32,000 nucleotides of DNA from Mycobacterium tuberculosis H37Rv (GTDB lineage Bacteria > Actinomycetota > Actinomycetes > Mycobacteriales > Mycobacteriaceae), in NCBI RefSeq assembly GCF_000195955.2, contig NC_000962.3, positions 2,760,001-2,792,000 on the forward strand, given 5' to 3'. A model generated the notes under the pieces. It ran no database searches. It was given only the letters and a program-made list of their open reading frames with translations, and had not been told where the DNA came from. The translations under genes and the position numbers were made by a program. This document shows, piece by piece, positions 17,392 to 26,913 of the stretch. The number at the start of each line of letters is the position of its first letter. Positions within the stretch are counted from its first letter, which is position 1.

Positions 17392-20300
17392 CCCGAGATT
17401 CCTCGCCCGCTTGTCCGTGTCATGCGGCGGATCTGCCGCGCGGCGACCGACAACGTCGCCAGATCCTTCTGGCCGCTGGCACGGATGTCGTCGAGTGTCC
17501 GACGTGCCCGCGCCACCCGGGAGGCGCTGAGGTGTTCCCACTCGGCGATCTTTTGCTCGCTACTCTCGCCGGGTTCCCCCACGGCCAGCACGTCGAAACA
17601 CAACGACCGTAGCGCACCGTAAATATCGTCGCGAATCGCCAAGCGCGCCAACGAATGCCAGCGGTCGTGTCGGGGCAGCTGGGATACCGCGGTCAGCAGG
17701 CCATCGGTGCCCAGCCGGTCCATCAGGGCGAAATAGGTGTCAGCGACCTCGGCGGCGTCGATGTCGGCGATGTCGGCGATGTCGATGATGTCGAGCAGGC
17801 TGTACCGGTACAGGCCGGTCGAGACACGGTAGGCCAAGTCTTCAGGCACACCCTGCGATGCGAATTCCGCAGCTGTCTTTTCGACGATGGCCTTGTCATC
17901 ACCACGCAACCACTCCGACATGCGCGGTGTCAGTGCCTTGACCATGGCCGCGAATCGGTTGATCTCGGCGCCGACGGCCAAGGGCTGCGGACGGTAGTTG
18001 AGCAGCCAGCGTCCGGCACGGTCGATCAGCCGACGGGTGTCCAGCGTCAACCTGTCTGACAGCGCGATTGGCAGGTTCGCCGCACGGATCCGGCGCCAAA
18101 TGTGACCGACACCGAAGATGGCATCGGTGGCGACATAGGTGCGCACGGCATCGATCGGCGTGACACCAACGTCTTCGGCGATCCGGAACGCATAGGTGAT
18201 GCCGGCGGTATCCACCAGATCGTTGATCAGCATGGTGGTGACGATCTCGCGGCGCAGCTGGTGGGAACGGATCTCCGGGGTGAACCGTTCGCGCAGCGCC
18301 GTCGGGAAATAACGAGGCAACCTGGAAGCGAAGACATCCTGATCCGGTAGTTCGGTGGCTAGCACCTCCTCTTTGAGCCCCAGCTTGACGTGCGCCATCA
18401 GCGTGGCGAGTTCGGGCGAGGTGAGCCCGATGCCGGCCTCGGAGCGCCGGGCAATCTCCTTCTCCGACGGCAGCGCTTCCAATTCGCGGTTGACCCCGCG
18501 CTCAGCCACCAAATACTTGATCTGCATTGCGTGCACCGGCAGCAGGCTGGCCGCGTTGGCGCGACTGGTGCCCATCAAGTCGTTCTGATCTTCGTTGTCG
18601 GCGAGCACCAGTTGCGCTACCTCGTCGGTCATTGACTCGAGCAGCTGTGTGCGTTCGTCGGCTTTGACCGTGCCGGCGCTCACCAGCGAGTCGATCAGGA
18701 TCTTGATGTTGACCTCGTGGTCCGAGCAGTCCACGCCGGCGGAGTTGTCCAGCGCGTCGGTGTTGATCCGGCCGCCGGACAGATCGAATTCGACACGGCC
18801 CAACGCCGTCACTCCGAGATTGCCACCTTCGCCAATGACCTTGGCGCGCACTTGATTCGCGTTGACTCGCACCGGATCGTTGGCGCGATCGCCGACATCA
18901 GCATCCGACTCTGACTCGGCCTTGATGTAAGTGCCGATGCCGCCGTTGAACAGCAGGTCCACCGGCGCCCGCAGAATCGCCCGAATAAGGTTGGGCGGGG
19001 CCATCTCGGCGGCCCCCCCGTCAACTGAGCCGTCGATGCCGAGGACGGCGCGGACCTGCGCGCTGAGCGGGATGGCTTTCTGTTCGCGGCTGTACACCCC
19101 GCCGCCCTCGCTGATCAGAGACCTGTCATAGTCGCTCCAGCTGGACCGGGGCAACTCGAACATCCGCCGGCGTTCGGCCCACGACACCGCGGCATCGGGG
19201 TTGGGGTCGAGGAAGATGTGGCGGTGGTCGAAGGCGGCGATCAGCCGGATGTGCTTGCTCAGCAACATGCCGTTGCCGAATACGTCGCCGCTCATGTCGC
19301 CGATTCCCACGACGGTGAAATCCTGGGTCTGGGTGTCGATCCCGATCTCTCGGAAATGCCGTTTTACGGCCTCCCAGGCCCCCCGGGCGGTGATGCCCAT
19401 GGCCTTGTGGTCGTAGCCCACCGATCCGCCCGAGGCGAACGCGTCGCCCAGCCAGAACCCATAGGACTTGGCGACATCGTTGGCGATATCGGAAAAGGTG
19501 GCAGTACCTTTGTCGGCGGCCACTACCAAGTAGGCGTCGTCGCCGTCACGTCGCACCACCTCGGGCGGGGGGTTGACGCTTGCGGTCGCATGATCGACGT
19601 TGTCGGTGACATCGAGCAACCCGGAGATGAACAGCTGATAGCAGGCGACCCCTTCGGCGCGGGTGGCGTCGCGGTCGGCGGCGGGGTCGCCGGTGGGCAG
19701 CGGGGGACGCTTGACCACGAACCCGCCCTTGGCCCCGACCGGCACGATGACGGCGTTCTTCACCGCTTGCGCCTTGACCAATCCGAGAATCTCGGTTCGG
19801 AAATCGTCACGGCGGTCCGACCAGCGCAACCCGCCACGCGCAACTGGGCCGAACCTCAGATGCACGCCTTCGACGCGGGGCGAATACACAAAAATCTCGT
19901 ACCGGGGACGCGGCAGCGGAAGTTCGTCGATCAACTGGGCATTGAGTTTCAGCGCCAATACATCACGGCAGCGGGCCGAACCCTGGCGTGTCACAAAGTA
20001 ATTGGTGCGCAACGTGGCCTGAACCAACGACGCGAAGGCGCGCAGGATCCGGTCGGTGTCCAGGCTCACCAGCGCGTCGATGTCCGCGGCGACAGCGGCA
20101 GCGGCCGCTTGGGCATCGCGATTGCTCGCCGACCCCGACGGCACCGGAACGAAAAGCGCTTCGAACAGATCGACCAAAGACCGAACGGTAGCAGGGTGCT
20201 CGTTGAGCACCGATTCAATGTAGGACTGGCTGTACGGGAAGCCCGCCTGGCGCAGGTACTTCGCGTAGGCACGGAGCAGCACGACCTGCTGCCAAGTCAG

Positions 20301-22262
20301 CCCGGCACGCATCACCAGCTCGTTGAATCGGTCGATTTCGACCCGGCCGTGCCAGATCGCGGTCACCGCCTCGGCGAATCGGTGCGCGGTCGCGGCCCGC
20401 TCGGCAACCGTCGGGGCCAACGGGATCGTGGGATGCGGCGAGATCTTGAACTGATAGATCCAGACCGGCAGACCGTCCGGCCGGGTGACGGAGAACGGTC
20501 GCTCTTCGAGCACCACGACTCCCATGCTTTGCAGCATCGGCAGCAGCTGGCTCAGCGAAGCGGTGCGCCCACCGAGGAACCAGGTCAACTGGGCGACACC
20601 CTGCTCGTCGCGTTCGGAAAACACCAGCTTGACCGAATCGTCGGTCAGCTCCGTGATGACCGCAATGTCGCCAATGGCATCGGCCGGGGTGACGGCCTGT
20701 TTGTAGGCCTCGGAGAAGGCGGCAGCGTAATGCATAGCGTCGGCCTGTCCGACGGAGCCAGCCGCCGCCGCCGCGCCGATCAAACGGTCGGCCCAGGTTC
20801 GCGCGGCTTCGGTCAGCAGACCCTGGATCCGGATCCGGTTGGCTTCGGAAACGTCCACCGGCGGGGCGGCCGCCCCTTCTCCTGCCACACCCACTTCGGG
20901 TAGCCGCACCATGAAATGCATGAGTGCCCAAGGTGATTCACTGACCCGAGCGGTGAACTCCAGTCGTGTTCCCCCGAACTCGCGGACAAGGATGTCCTCG
21001 AATTGCATGCGCACGGCGGTGGTGTAGCGATCTCGGGGCATGTAGACCAGGCACGACACGAAGTACTGCAACCGATCCGCGCGCAGGAACAACAACGCCT
21101 GCCGTTGCGATCCCAAGTCCACCACGGCCCTGGCCATGGTCAGCAGGCGCTGCGCGCTCAGGGTGAACAGCTCCGGTCGCGGGACGGTCTGGATGACGTC
21201 GAGCAGCAATTGGCCTGGGTGGCTGGGATCGCTTTCGGCCATCGCCAGCGCCTCGCGGACCCGGCGCGAGATCGTCGGGATCTCCAGCACGTCCGCATTC
21301 ATGGCCGCGACGCTGAAGAGCCCGACGAAGCGGTGCTCGACCACGCTGCCGTCGACGTATTCGCGGACCGCGATGGCATAGGGATAGGCGCCGTAACGCA
21401 GGTAGCTGCCGACCCGCGCTTGGGCCAACACCAGCAGTTTGTCGTCGTCGGTCAGCCGGGGACGCGAACCGGTGCGGCCCCGCAGGACGCCCATACCGCT
21501 TGACCCCTCGCCGTAGACCATCCCGTCAGCCACCCGGCACCGTTGGTAGCCCAGCAGCAGGAAGTTCCCGTCACCCAGCCAACGCAACAGTTCCCCGACG
21601 TCTTGTCGGTCGGGCGCGGAAAATCGGCCGCCGGCATTGGATTCGACTTCTCCCGCCAGCTCGCTCAGGGTGGCGATCAGCGCTGTGGCGTCGGTGGCCA
21701 CCCGCTGGACGTCGGCCAGCACCTTGGGCAGCAACCGCTCCACCTCGGCGAGGCCTTTGTGATCAACGGCGGGCGAGAGCGCTACGTGCATCCAGGCCTC
21801 ACCCAGGTGCGGCGACGTGCCCTCGGCCTTCGGTTCGATGCGCAGCAGCTCTCCCGTGGGGCTGCGGTGCACGTCGAACACCGGGGTCAGAATCGCCGCG
21901 TAGGCGATTCCAAGCCGGTGCAGCAGCACCGTAACGGAATCCATCAGCATGCCGCCGTGCTCGGCGACCACCTGCAGCGCCGGACCGAACCCCGCGGGAT
22001 CGTCCGCCCGATAGACGGCGACACAGCTTTCACCGGCCGCGCGGTGCCGGCCAAGCCGATAATGTGCGCCCAGCATGGCGGGCGTCAGCAGGGAGGCTGG
22101 AAGCCAACTGGCCTCGGCGGCCTTGGTGGCTTCCGACGAGTCGTCGCGCGGTCCTCGATAGCTGTCGATGTAGGCCTTCGAGATCCAGTCAGGAATGTCC
22201 GCACTCGCGGTGAACGTGGTCCACGCCTCAACATCCTGCTTAGCCCCGGGATCGATCGTCAT
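17388..22262 (-). CDS. gdh: Large NAD-specific glutamate dehydrogenase (about 180-kDa type)
   Basis: 1624 aa from [10 protein letters not shown]. Contains [43 protein letters not shown] and [16 protein letters not shown]. Confidence 0.95.
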   Translation of the reverse strand: MTIDPGAKQDVEAWTTFTASADIPDWISKAYIDSYRGPRDDSSEATKAAEASWLPASLLTPAMLGAHYRLGRHRAAGESCVAVYRADDPAGFGPALQVVAEHGGMLMDSVTVLLHRLGIAYAAILTPVFDVHRSPTGELLRIEPKAEGTSPHLGEAWMHVALSPAVDHKGLAEVERLLPKVLADVQRVATDATALIATLSELAGEVESNAGGRFSAPDRQDVGELLRWLGDGNFLLLGYQRCRVADGMVYGEGSSGMGVLRGRTGSRPRLTDDDKLLVLAQARVGSYLRYGAYPYAIAVREYVDGSVVEHRFVGLFSVAAMNADVLEIPTISRRVREALAMAESDPSHPGQLLLDVIQTVPRPELFTLSAQRLLTMARAVVDLGSQRQALLFLRADRLQYFVSCLVYMPRDRYTTAVRMQFEDILVREFGGTRLEFTARVSESPWALMHFMVRLPEVGVAGEGAAAPPVDVSEANRIRIQGLLTEAARTWADRLIGAAAAAGSVGQADAMHYAAAFSEAYKQAVTPADAIGDIAVITELTDDSVKLVFSERDEQGVAQLTWFLGGRTASLSQLLPMLQSMGVVVLEERPFSVTRPDGLPVWIYQFKISPHPTIPLAPTVAERAATAHRFAEAVTAIWHGRVEIDRFNELVMRAGLTWQQVVLLRAYAKYLRQAGFPYSQSYIESVLNEHPATVRSLVDLFEALFVPVPSGSASNRDAQAAAAAVAADIDALVSLDTDRILRAFASLVQATLRTNYFVTRQGSARCRDVLALKLNAQLIDELPLPRPRYEIFVYSPRVEGVHLRFGPVARGGLRWSDRRDDFRTEILGLVKAQAVKNAVIVPVGAKGGFVVKRPPLPTGDPAADRDATRAEGVACYQLFISGLLDVTDNVDHATASVNPPPEVVRRDGDDAYLVVAADKGTATFSDIANDVAKSYGFWLGDAFASGGSVGYDHKAMGITARGAWEAVKRHFREIGIDTQTQDFTVVGIGDMSGDVFGNGMLLSKHIRLIAAFDHRHIFLDPNPDAAVSWAERRRMFELPRSSWSDYDRSLISEGGGVYSREQKAIPLSAQVRAVLGIDGSVDGGAAEMAPPNLIRAILRAPVDLLFNGGIGTYIKAESESDADVGDRANDPVRVNANQVRAKVIGEGGNLGVTALGRVEFDLSGGRINTDALDNSAGVDCSDHEVNIKILIDSLVSAGTVKADERTQLLESMTDEVAQLVLADNEDQNDLMGTSRANAASLLPVHAMQIKYLVAERGVNRELEALPSEKEIARRSEAGIGLTSPELATLMAHVKLGLKEEVLATELPDQDVFASRLPRYFPTALRERFTPEIRSHQLRREIVTTMLINDLVDTAGITYAFRIAEDVGVTPIDAVRTYVATDAIFGVGHIWRRIRAANLPIALSDRLTLDTRRLIDRAGRWLLNYRPQPLAVGAEINRFAAMVKALTPRMSEWLRGDDKAIVEKTAAEFASQGVPEDLAYRVSTGLYRYSLLDIIDIADIADIDAAEVADTYFALMDRLGTDGLLTAVSQLPRHDRWHSLARLAIRDDIYGALRSLCFDVLAVGEPGESSEQKIAEWEHLSASRVARARRTLDDIRASGQKDLATLSVAARQIRRMTRTSGRGISG

Positions 22263-22365
22263 GCCGATTGCTCCCAACTCACGACGGGTACCGCTCGATT
22301 CAATTTTCCCGCTCCTGGGTGCGGCGTTCCGGACGCATCGTCACGGGGCGTGGGCGAAGCTAACA

Positions 22366-24042
22366 TTAGCCGCGCGTCAGCTTGCGGTGGGTGACCCTAT
22401 GCGGTCGAGCGGCGTCGACACCGAGCCGTTCCACCTTGTTCTCCTCGTAGGCGCCGAAGTTGCCCTCGAACCAGAACCACTTCGCCTCGTTGTCGTCGTC
22501 ACCCTCCCACGCCAGGATGTGCGTGCACGTGCGGTCAAGAAACCAGCGATCGTGCGAAATCACCACGGCGCAGCCGGGGAAGTTCAGCAGAGCATTCTCC
22601 AGCGAACCCAGAGTCTCGACATCCAGGTCGTTCGTCGGTTCGTCGAGCAGAATCAGGTTGCCGCCCTGTTTGAGCGTCAACGCAAGGTTGAGCCTGTTGC
22701 GCTCCCCGCCGGATAGCACACCGGCCGGTTTTTGCTGGTCCGGTCCCTTAAACCCGAATGCCGACACGTAGGCCCGTGACGGCACTTCGGTTTGACCGAC
22801 CTGGATATAGTCCAGACCGTCCGAGACAACCTCCCAGACGGTCTTCCGCGGATCGATGCCAGCACGGGCCTGGTCCACGTAACTCAGCTTGACGGTCTCG
22901 CCGACCTTGACGCTGCCGCTGTCCGGTGTCTCGAGCCCGACGATGGTTTTGAACAGTGTGGTCTTGCCTACCCCGTTGGGCCCAATGACGCCGACGATGC
23001 CATTGCGGGGCAAGCTGAACGACAGGTCCTTGATCAGGGCGCGCCCGTCGTAGCCCTTATCGAGGTGGTCGACCTCAACCACCACGTTGCCTAGGCGGGG
23101 CCCGACCGGGATCTGAATCTCCTCGAAGTCGAGCTTGCGGGTCTTCTCCGCCTCGGCTGCCATCTCCTCGTAGCGCTGCAGGCGCGCCTTGCTTTTGGCC
23201 TGGCGCGCCTTGGCCCCGGACCGGACCCAAGCCAACTCCTCGGTCAACCGCTTTTGCAGCTTCGCGTCCTTGCGGCCTTGCACCGCGAGCCGCTCGGCTT
23301 TTTTCTCCAGATAGGTCGAGTAGTTGCCCTCATAGGGGTAGGCGCGGCCACGATCGAGCTCCAGGATCCATTCCGCGACGTTGTCCAGGAAGTAACGGTC
23401 GTGGGTGACCGCCAGGATCGCACCGGGGTAGCTGGCCAGATGCTGTTCGAGCCACTGCACACTTTCCGCGTCTAGGTGGTTGGTCGGCTCGTCGAGCAAC
23501 AACAGGTCGGGTTTGGACAACAGCAGTTTGCACAGCGCCACCCGGCGACGCTCGCCACCGGATAGGTTGGTTACCGGCTCGTCGGCCGGCGGACAGCGCA
23601 GCGCATCCATGGCCTGCTCGAGCTGCGCGTCGAGGTCCCACGCGTCGGCGTGGTCCAGTTCCTCTTGCAGCCGACCCATCTCTTCCATCAGCTCGTCGGT
23701 GTAGTCGGTGGCCATCAATTCGGCGACCTCGTTGAAGCGGTCGAGCTTGATCTTGATGTCCCCCATGCCCTCTTCCACATTGCCGCGAACGGTCTTGTCC
23801 TCGTTCAGCGGCGGTTCCTGTTGCAGGATGCCCACGGTGGCGCCGGTGGCCAGGAAGGCATCGCCGTTGTTCGGCTTGTCCAAACCGGCCATGATCCGCA
23901 AGACGCTCGACTTACCGGCCCCGTTGGGGCCGACGACACCGATCTTGGCGCCCGGATAGAAACTCAACGTCACGTCGTCGAGGATCACCTTATCGCCGTG
24001 CGCCTTGCGGACCTTCTTCATCGTGTAGATGAACTCAGCCAT
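22366..24042 (-). CDS. ABC-F family ATPase (EttA-like)
   Basis: 558 aa. Two Walker A (GPNGAGKSS, GPNGVGKTT), two signature motifs (LSGGERRRVALC, LSGGERNRLNLA), no TM segments, C-terminus EENKVERLGVDAARPHRVTHRKL. Confidence 0.93.
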   Translation of the reverse strand: MAEFIYTMKKVRKAHGDKVILDDVTLSFYPGAKIGVVGPNGAGKSSVLRIMAGLDKPNNGDAFLATGATVGILQQEPPLNEDKTVRGNVEEGMGDIKIKLDRFNEVAELMATDYTDELMEEMGRLQEELDHADAWDLDAQLEQAMDALRCPPADEPVTNLSGGERRRVALCKLLLSKPDLLLLDEPTNHLDAESVQWLEQHLASYPGAILAVTHDRYFLDNVAEWILELDRGRAYPYEGNYSTYLEKKAERLAVQGRKDAKLQKRLTEELAWVRSGAKARQAKSKARLQRYEEMAAEAEKTRKLDFEEIQIPVGPRLGNVVVEVDHLDKGYDGRALIKDLSFSLPRNGIVGVIGPNGVGKTTLFKTIVGLETPDSGSVKVGETVKLSYVDQARAGIDPRKTVWEVVSDGLDYIQVGQTEVPSRAYVSAFGFKGPDQQKPAGVLSGGERNRLNLALTLKQGGNLILLDEPTNDLDVETLGSLENALLNFPGCAVVISHDRWFLDRTCTHILAWEGDDDNEAKWFWFEGNFGAYEENKVERLGVDAARPHRVTHRKLTRG

Positions 24043-24122
24043 GCCGCGGTGTTGCCTTTCTGGTCCTTCGGGTTACCTCGCGAACCATCCTAGGCACCGC
24101 CGGGGCAGCATCGAGGCGACCC

Positions 24123-24608
24123 CTAAGCCGATATGGGCAGGGGGTTGTGGCCAGTGATGGCGTCGTCGACCACGACATCGGAAACCGAGTCGGCTGCCGA
24201 CGCTGGGGCGTCGGCGGCACCGGCCGCCCCGGTCCCCGTGGCGGCCGGGAGATCACCGGCGCTTGGACCGGTGTAGGCCGGCTTTTCGATGCGCACGATC
24301 ACGCGCGACAAATCCGGCCCTACCGACGTCGCCCGCATCTCCAGCGACGAGCGACGAATGCCGTCCCGGTCCTCATATTCACTGGTGTACACGTGTCCCA
24401 CCACAATCACCGGTGCGCCCTTGCCCAATGCTGCGCCCACCCCGGTGACCAGCCTTCCCCAGCAATTGACGGTGATAAACAGCGAGTTGCCGGGCTCCCA
24501 ACCGCCGTCGCTGGTGCGCCGGCGCGAATTGCTGGCCACCCGGAACTTGACGACCTCTTGATCACCGACTTTGCGGCGCTGCAAATCGTTGACGATGTGA
24601 CCGACCAC
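24123..24608 (-). CDS. SSB-like (OB-fold) protein, 5'-truncated by IS6110
   Basis: VVGHIVNDLQRRKVGDQEVVKFRVASNSRRRTSDGGWEPGNSLFITVNCWG..., single-stranded DNA-binding protein fold. The remaining GTG start lies 6 bp from the IS6110 end. Confidence 0.88.
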   Translation of the reverse strand: MVGHIVNDLQRRKVGDQEVVKFRVASNSRRRTSDGGWEPGNSLFITVNCWGRLVTGVGAALGKGAPVIVVGHVYTSEYEDRDGIRRSSLEMRATSVGPDLSRVIVRIEKPAYTGPSAGDLPAATGTGAAGAADAPASAADSVSDVVVDDAITGHNPLPISA

Positions 24609-24656
24609 GGTCAGTGAACCGCCCCGGTGAGTCCGGAGACTCTCTGATCTGAGACC

Positions 24657-25541
24657 TCAGCCGGCGGCTGGTCTCTGGCGTTGAGCGTAGTAGGCAGCCT
24701 CGAGTTCGACCGGCGGGACGTCGCCGCAGTACTGGTAGAGGCGGCGATGGTTGAACCAGTCGACCCAGCGCGCGGTGGCCAACTCGACATCCTCGATGGA
24801 CCGCCAGGGCTTGCCGGGTTTGATCAGCTCGGTCTTGTATAGGCCGTTGATCGTCTCGGCTAGTGCATTGTCATAGGAGCTTCCGACCGCTCCGACCGAC
24901 GGTTGGATGCCTGCCTCGGCGAGCCGCTCGCTGAACCGGATCGATGTGTACTGAGATCCCCTATCCGTATGGTGGATAACGTCTTTCAGGTCGAGTACGC
25001 CTTCTTGTTGGCGGGTCCAGATGGCTTGCTCGATCGCGTCGAGGACCATGGAGGTGGCCATCGTGGAAGCGACCCGCCAGCCCAGGATCCTGCGAGCGTA
25101 GGCGTCGGTGACAAAGGCCACGTAGGCGAACCCTGCCCAGGTCGACACATAGGTGAGGTCTGCTACCCACAGCCGGTTAGGTGCTGGTGGTCCGAAGCGG
25201 CGCTGGACGAGATCGGCGGGACGGGCTGTGGCCGGATCAGCGATCGTGGTCCTGCGGGCTTTGCCGCGGGTGGTCCCGGACAGGCCGAGTTTGGTCATCA
25301 GCCGTTCGACGGTGCATCTGGCCACCTCGATGCCCTCACGGTTCAGGGTTAGCCACACTTTGCGGGCACCGTAAACACCGTAGTTGGCGGCGTGGACGCG
25401 GCTGATGTGCTCCTTGAGTTCGCCATCGCGCAGCTCGCGGCGGCTGGGCTCCCGGTTGATGTGGTCGTAGTAGGTCGATGGGGCGATCGGCACACCCAGC
25501 TCGGTCAGCTGTGTGCAGATCGACTCGACACCCCACCGCAA
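24657..25541 (-). CDS. IS6110 transposase OrfB (IS3-family DDE integrase core)
   Basis: WVADLTYVSTWAGFAYVAFVTDAYARRILGW, HHTDRGSQYTS, YDNALAETINGLYKTELI. The conceptual coding region probably starts upstream by -1 frameshift. Confidence 0.96.
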   Translation of the reverse strand: MRWGVESICTQLTELGVPIAPSTYYDHINREPSRRELRDGELKEHISRVHAANYGVYGARKVWLTLNREGIEVARCTVERLMTKLGLSGTTRGKARRTTIADPATARPADLVQRRFGPPAPNRLWVADLTYVSTWAGFAYVAFVTDAYARRILGWRVASTMATSMVLDAIEQAIWTRQQEGVLDLKDVIHHTDRGSQYTSIRFSERLAEAGIQPSVGAVGSSYDNALAETINGLYKTELIKPGKPWRSIEDVELATARWVDWFNHRRLYQYCGDVPPVELEAAYYAQRQRPAAG

Positions 25542-25591
25542 ACCATCGGGGCCCTCGCGGTGGCCCTGATGATCGGCGATGAACCGGGTAA

Positions 25592-25918
25592 TTAGCGTGC
25601 TGGCCGGTCGAGCTCGGCCGCGAAGAAAGCCGACGCGGTCTTTAAAATCGCGTTCGCCCTTCGCAATTCGGCGTTGTCCCGCCGCAAGCGCTTCAGCTCA
25701 GCGGATTCTTCGGTCGTGGTCCCGGGCCGTGCGCCGGCATCGACCTGCGCCTGGCGCACCCACTTACGCACCGTCTCCGCGCAGCCAACACCAAGTAGAC
25801 GGGCGACCTCACTGATCGCTGCCCACTCCGAATCGTGCTGACCGCGGATCTCTGCGACCATCCGCACCGCCCGCTCACGCAGCTCCGGCGGGTACCTCCT
25901 CGATGAACCACCTGACAT
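25592..25918 (-). CDS. IS6110 transposase OrfA (HTH)
   Basis: MSGGSSRRYPPELRERAVRMVAEIRGQHDSEWAAISEVARLLGVGCAETVRKWVRQAQVD. Confidence 0.96.
   Translation of the reverse strand: MSGGSSRRYPPELRERAVRMVAEIRGQHDSEWAAISEVARLLGVGCAETVRKWVRQAQVDAGARPGTTTEESAELKRLRRDNAELRRANAILKTASAFFAAELDRPAR
25640..25647 (-). other. Putative -1 programmed frameshift slippery site TTTTAAAG
   Basis: Minus-strand TTTTAAAG (plus CTTTAAAA) near the end of orfA, before the orfB frame takes over. Confidence 0.75.
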
Positions 25919-25969
25919 GACCCCATCCTTTCCAAGAACTGGAGTCTCCGGACATGCCGGGGCGGTTCA

Positions 25970-25987
25970 CAGTGGCGTTTCGAACAT
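25970..25987 (-). pseudogene. Detached first six codons of the SSB-like gene (MFETPL)
   Basis: Minus-strand AGGAAAGGA-ATGAGCAA-ATG TTC GAA ACG CCA CTG immediately abuts IS6110. Continues in frame to CTG ACC GTG GTC GGT CAC after removal of the element and one target copy. Confidence 0.9.
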
Positions 25988-26156
25988 TTGCTCATTCCTT
26001 TCCTAGTTGCGTTGGCACAGTTGCGTTGGCACCGGGTGATTCCGCGAACTGCCCACGCATATGCCGAGTGCTATTCACCTCGGCCACACCGACATTTGCC
26101 GGGATGAGACCGTCGCCGCGCGCAATCCTGTGAATGAAGCGGTAACTGTGGATTAA

Positions 26157-26168
26157 CCAATTAATTGG
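26157..26168. promoter_or_regulatory. Perfect 12-bp palindrome CCAATTAATTGG, candidate operator
   Basis: AT-rich palindrome in a non-coding stretch of a GC-rich genome, between a minus-strand gene start and a plus-strand ORF. Confidence 0.35.
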
Positions 26169-26330
26169 CCGCTTGGCCTGCAAACCTGGGAACCAGACCG
26201 AAACCTCGCTCAGTATTCACAAAACGGTCCAATGGGGCAGGGTGACGGCGATAACATCCCAATGACCGTGATTCTTCGAACCATGGCGACGTACGGGCCA
26301 CGACAACCTGCCATCGAAGGGGCGACGACA

Positions 26331-26519
26331 ATGAAGACAAGGAACCCACGGACGCTGCTAACCTGGCTGCTCGGCGCGATAGTTACTGGGTTGTACGTGG
26401 TTTTCGCTACGGGCTGCCAATTGCAAGCGCCCGCGCCTCCCACTCCGGAAATAGGTTGGTCGGGCCCGCAGGCTCCACTGCCGGCGCCGGATGCGGCGCC
26501 AACGCACCTCGGCGTCTAG
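26331..26519 (+). CDS. Small lipoprotein-like ORF, 62 aa
   Basis: MKTRNPRTLLTWLLGAIVTGLYVVFATGCQLQAPAPPTPEIGWSGPQAPLPAPDAAPTHLGV. Basic n-region, hydrophobic core, ATGC lipobox-like site, Pro-rich tail. Shine-Dalgarno GAAGGGG 9 nt upstream. Confidence 0.45.
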   Translation: MKTRNPRTLLTWLLGAIVTGLYVVFATGCQLQAPAPPTPEIGWSGPQAPLPAPDAAPTHLGV

Positions 26520-26574
26520 CCGATCGCGGCGGACAAGTCGCCCGGCACCCAGGGCGAGCAGGGCTTCACGACAG

Positions 26575-26898
26575 CTAGTGAGCTATAGACGACTTCGTGT
26601 TAGCGCCGCTGGCGGGGACGTTGGCGCTGATGGGGATCGAGTTCCTCAGCTGCCCGTGGACAAGAACCGCACCCCGCAGCGAGTCGGCATGGACACTCGC
26701 GACGCCGCCACGAGTCTGGCGGTGTACGCCCATTGCGCGCGTCACGCGCCCACTGACCCAGTTCACTGGGGTGCCGTTCGCCGTGCTCGCGGCGGCGCTC
26801 ACGGCGCTGCATCTGACGGCATGGCGCACCGCATTCGGTTTTTCTGAGCGCTGGGAAAATGGCCAGCCGTCTGGCTCATGGCGTCTACGCAACGCCAC
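26575..26898 (-). CDS. Hypothetical ORF of 107 aa (Rv2481c type), doubtful
   Basis: ORF length only; no recognisable domain. Overlapped by equally long ORFs on the + strand. Confidence 0.25.
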   Translation of the reverse strand: MALRRRHEPDGWPFSQRSEKPNAVRHAVRCSAVSAAASTANGTPVNWVSGRVTRAMGVHRQTRGGVASVHADSLRGAVLVHGQLRNSIPISANVPASGANTKSSIAH

Positions 26899-26913
26899 GC
26901 CCCCAACACGTTC

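Larger units (their letters stand above)
24615..25969 (-). mobile_element. IS6110 (IS3 family), complete, 1355 bp
   Basis: 28-bp imperfect terminal IRs (3 mismatches) TGAACCGCCCCGGTGAGTCCGGAGACTC at 24615-24642 and GAGTCTCCGGACATGCCGGGGCGGTTCA at 25942-25969. Flanking 3-bp CAG duplications at 24612-24614 and 25970-25972. Confidence 0.98.

Noticed and set aside
19218-20903. 561-aa plus-strand ORF antisense to gdh
   Set aside because: Mirror of GC-rich coding sequence. The opposite strand carries the glutamate dehydrogenase motifs, and no initiation context or domain supports it.
22460-24093. Several + strand ORFs (173, 147 aa and others) over the ABC-F gene
   Set aside because: Antisense to two complete ATP-binding cassettes; no independent support.
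24615-25969. Possibility that the transposable element is a novel IS
   Set aside because: The 1355-bp length, 28-bp terminal repeats, 3-bp duplication and OrfA/OrfB sequences are those of IS6110. Only its insertion context is noteworthy.
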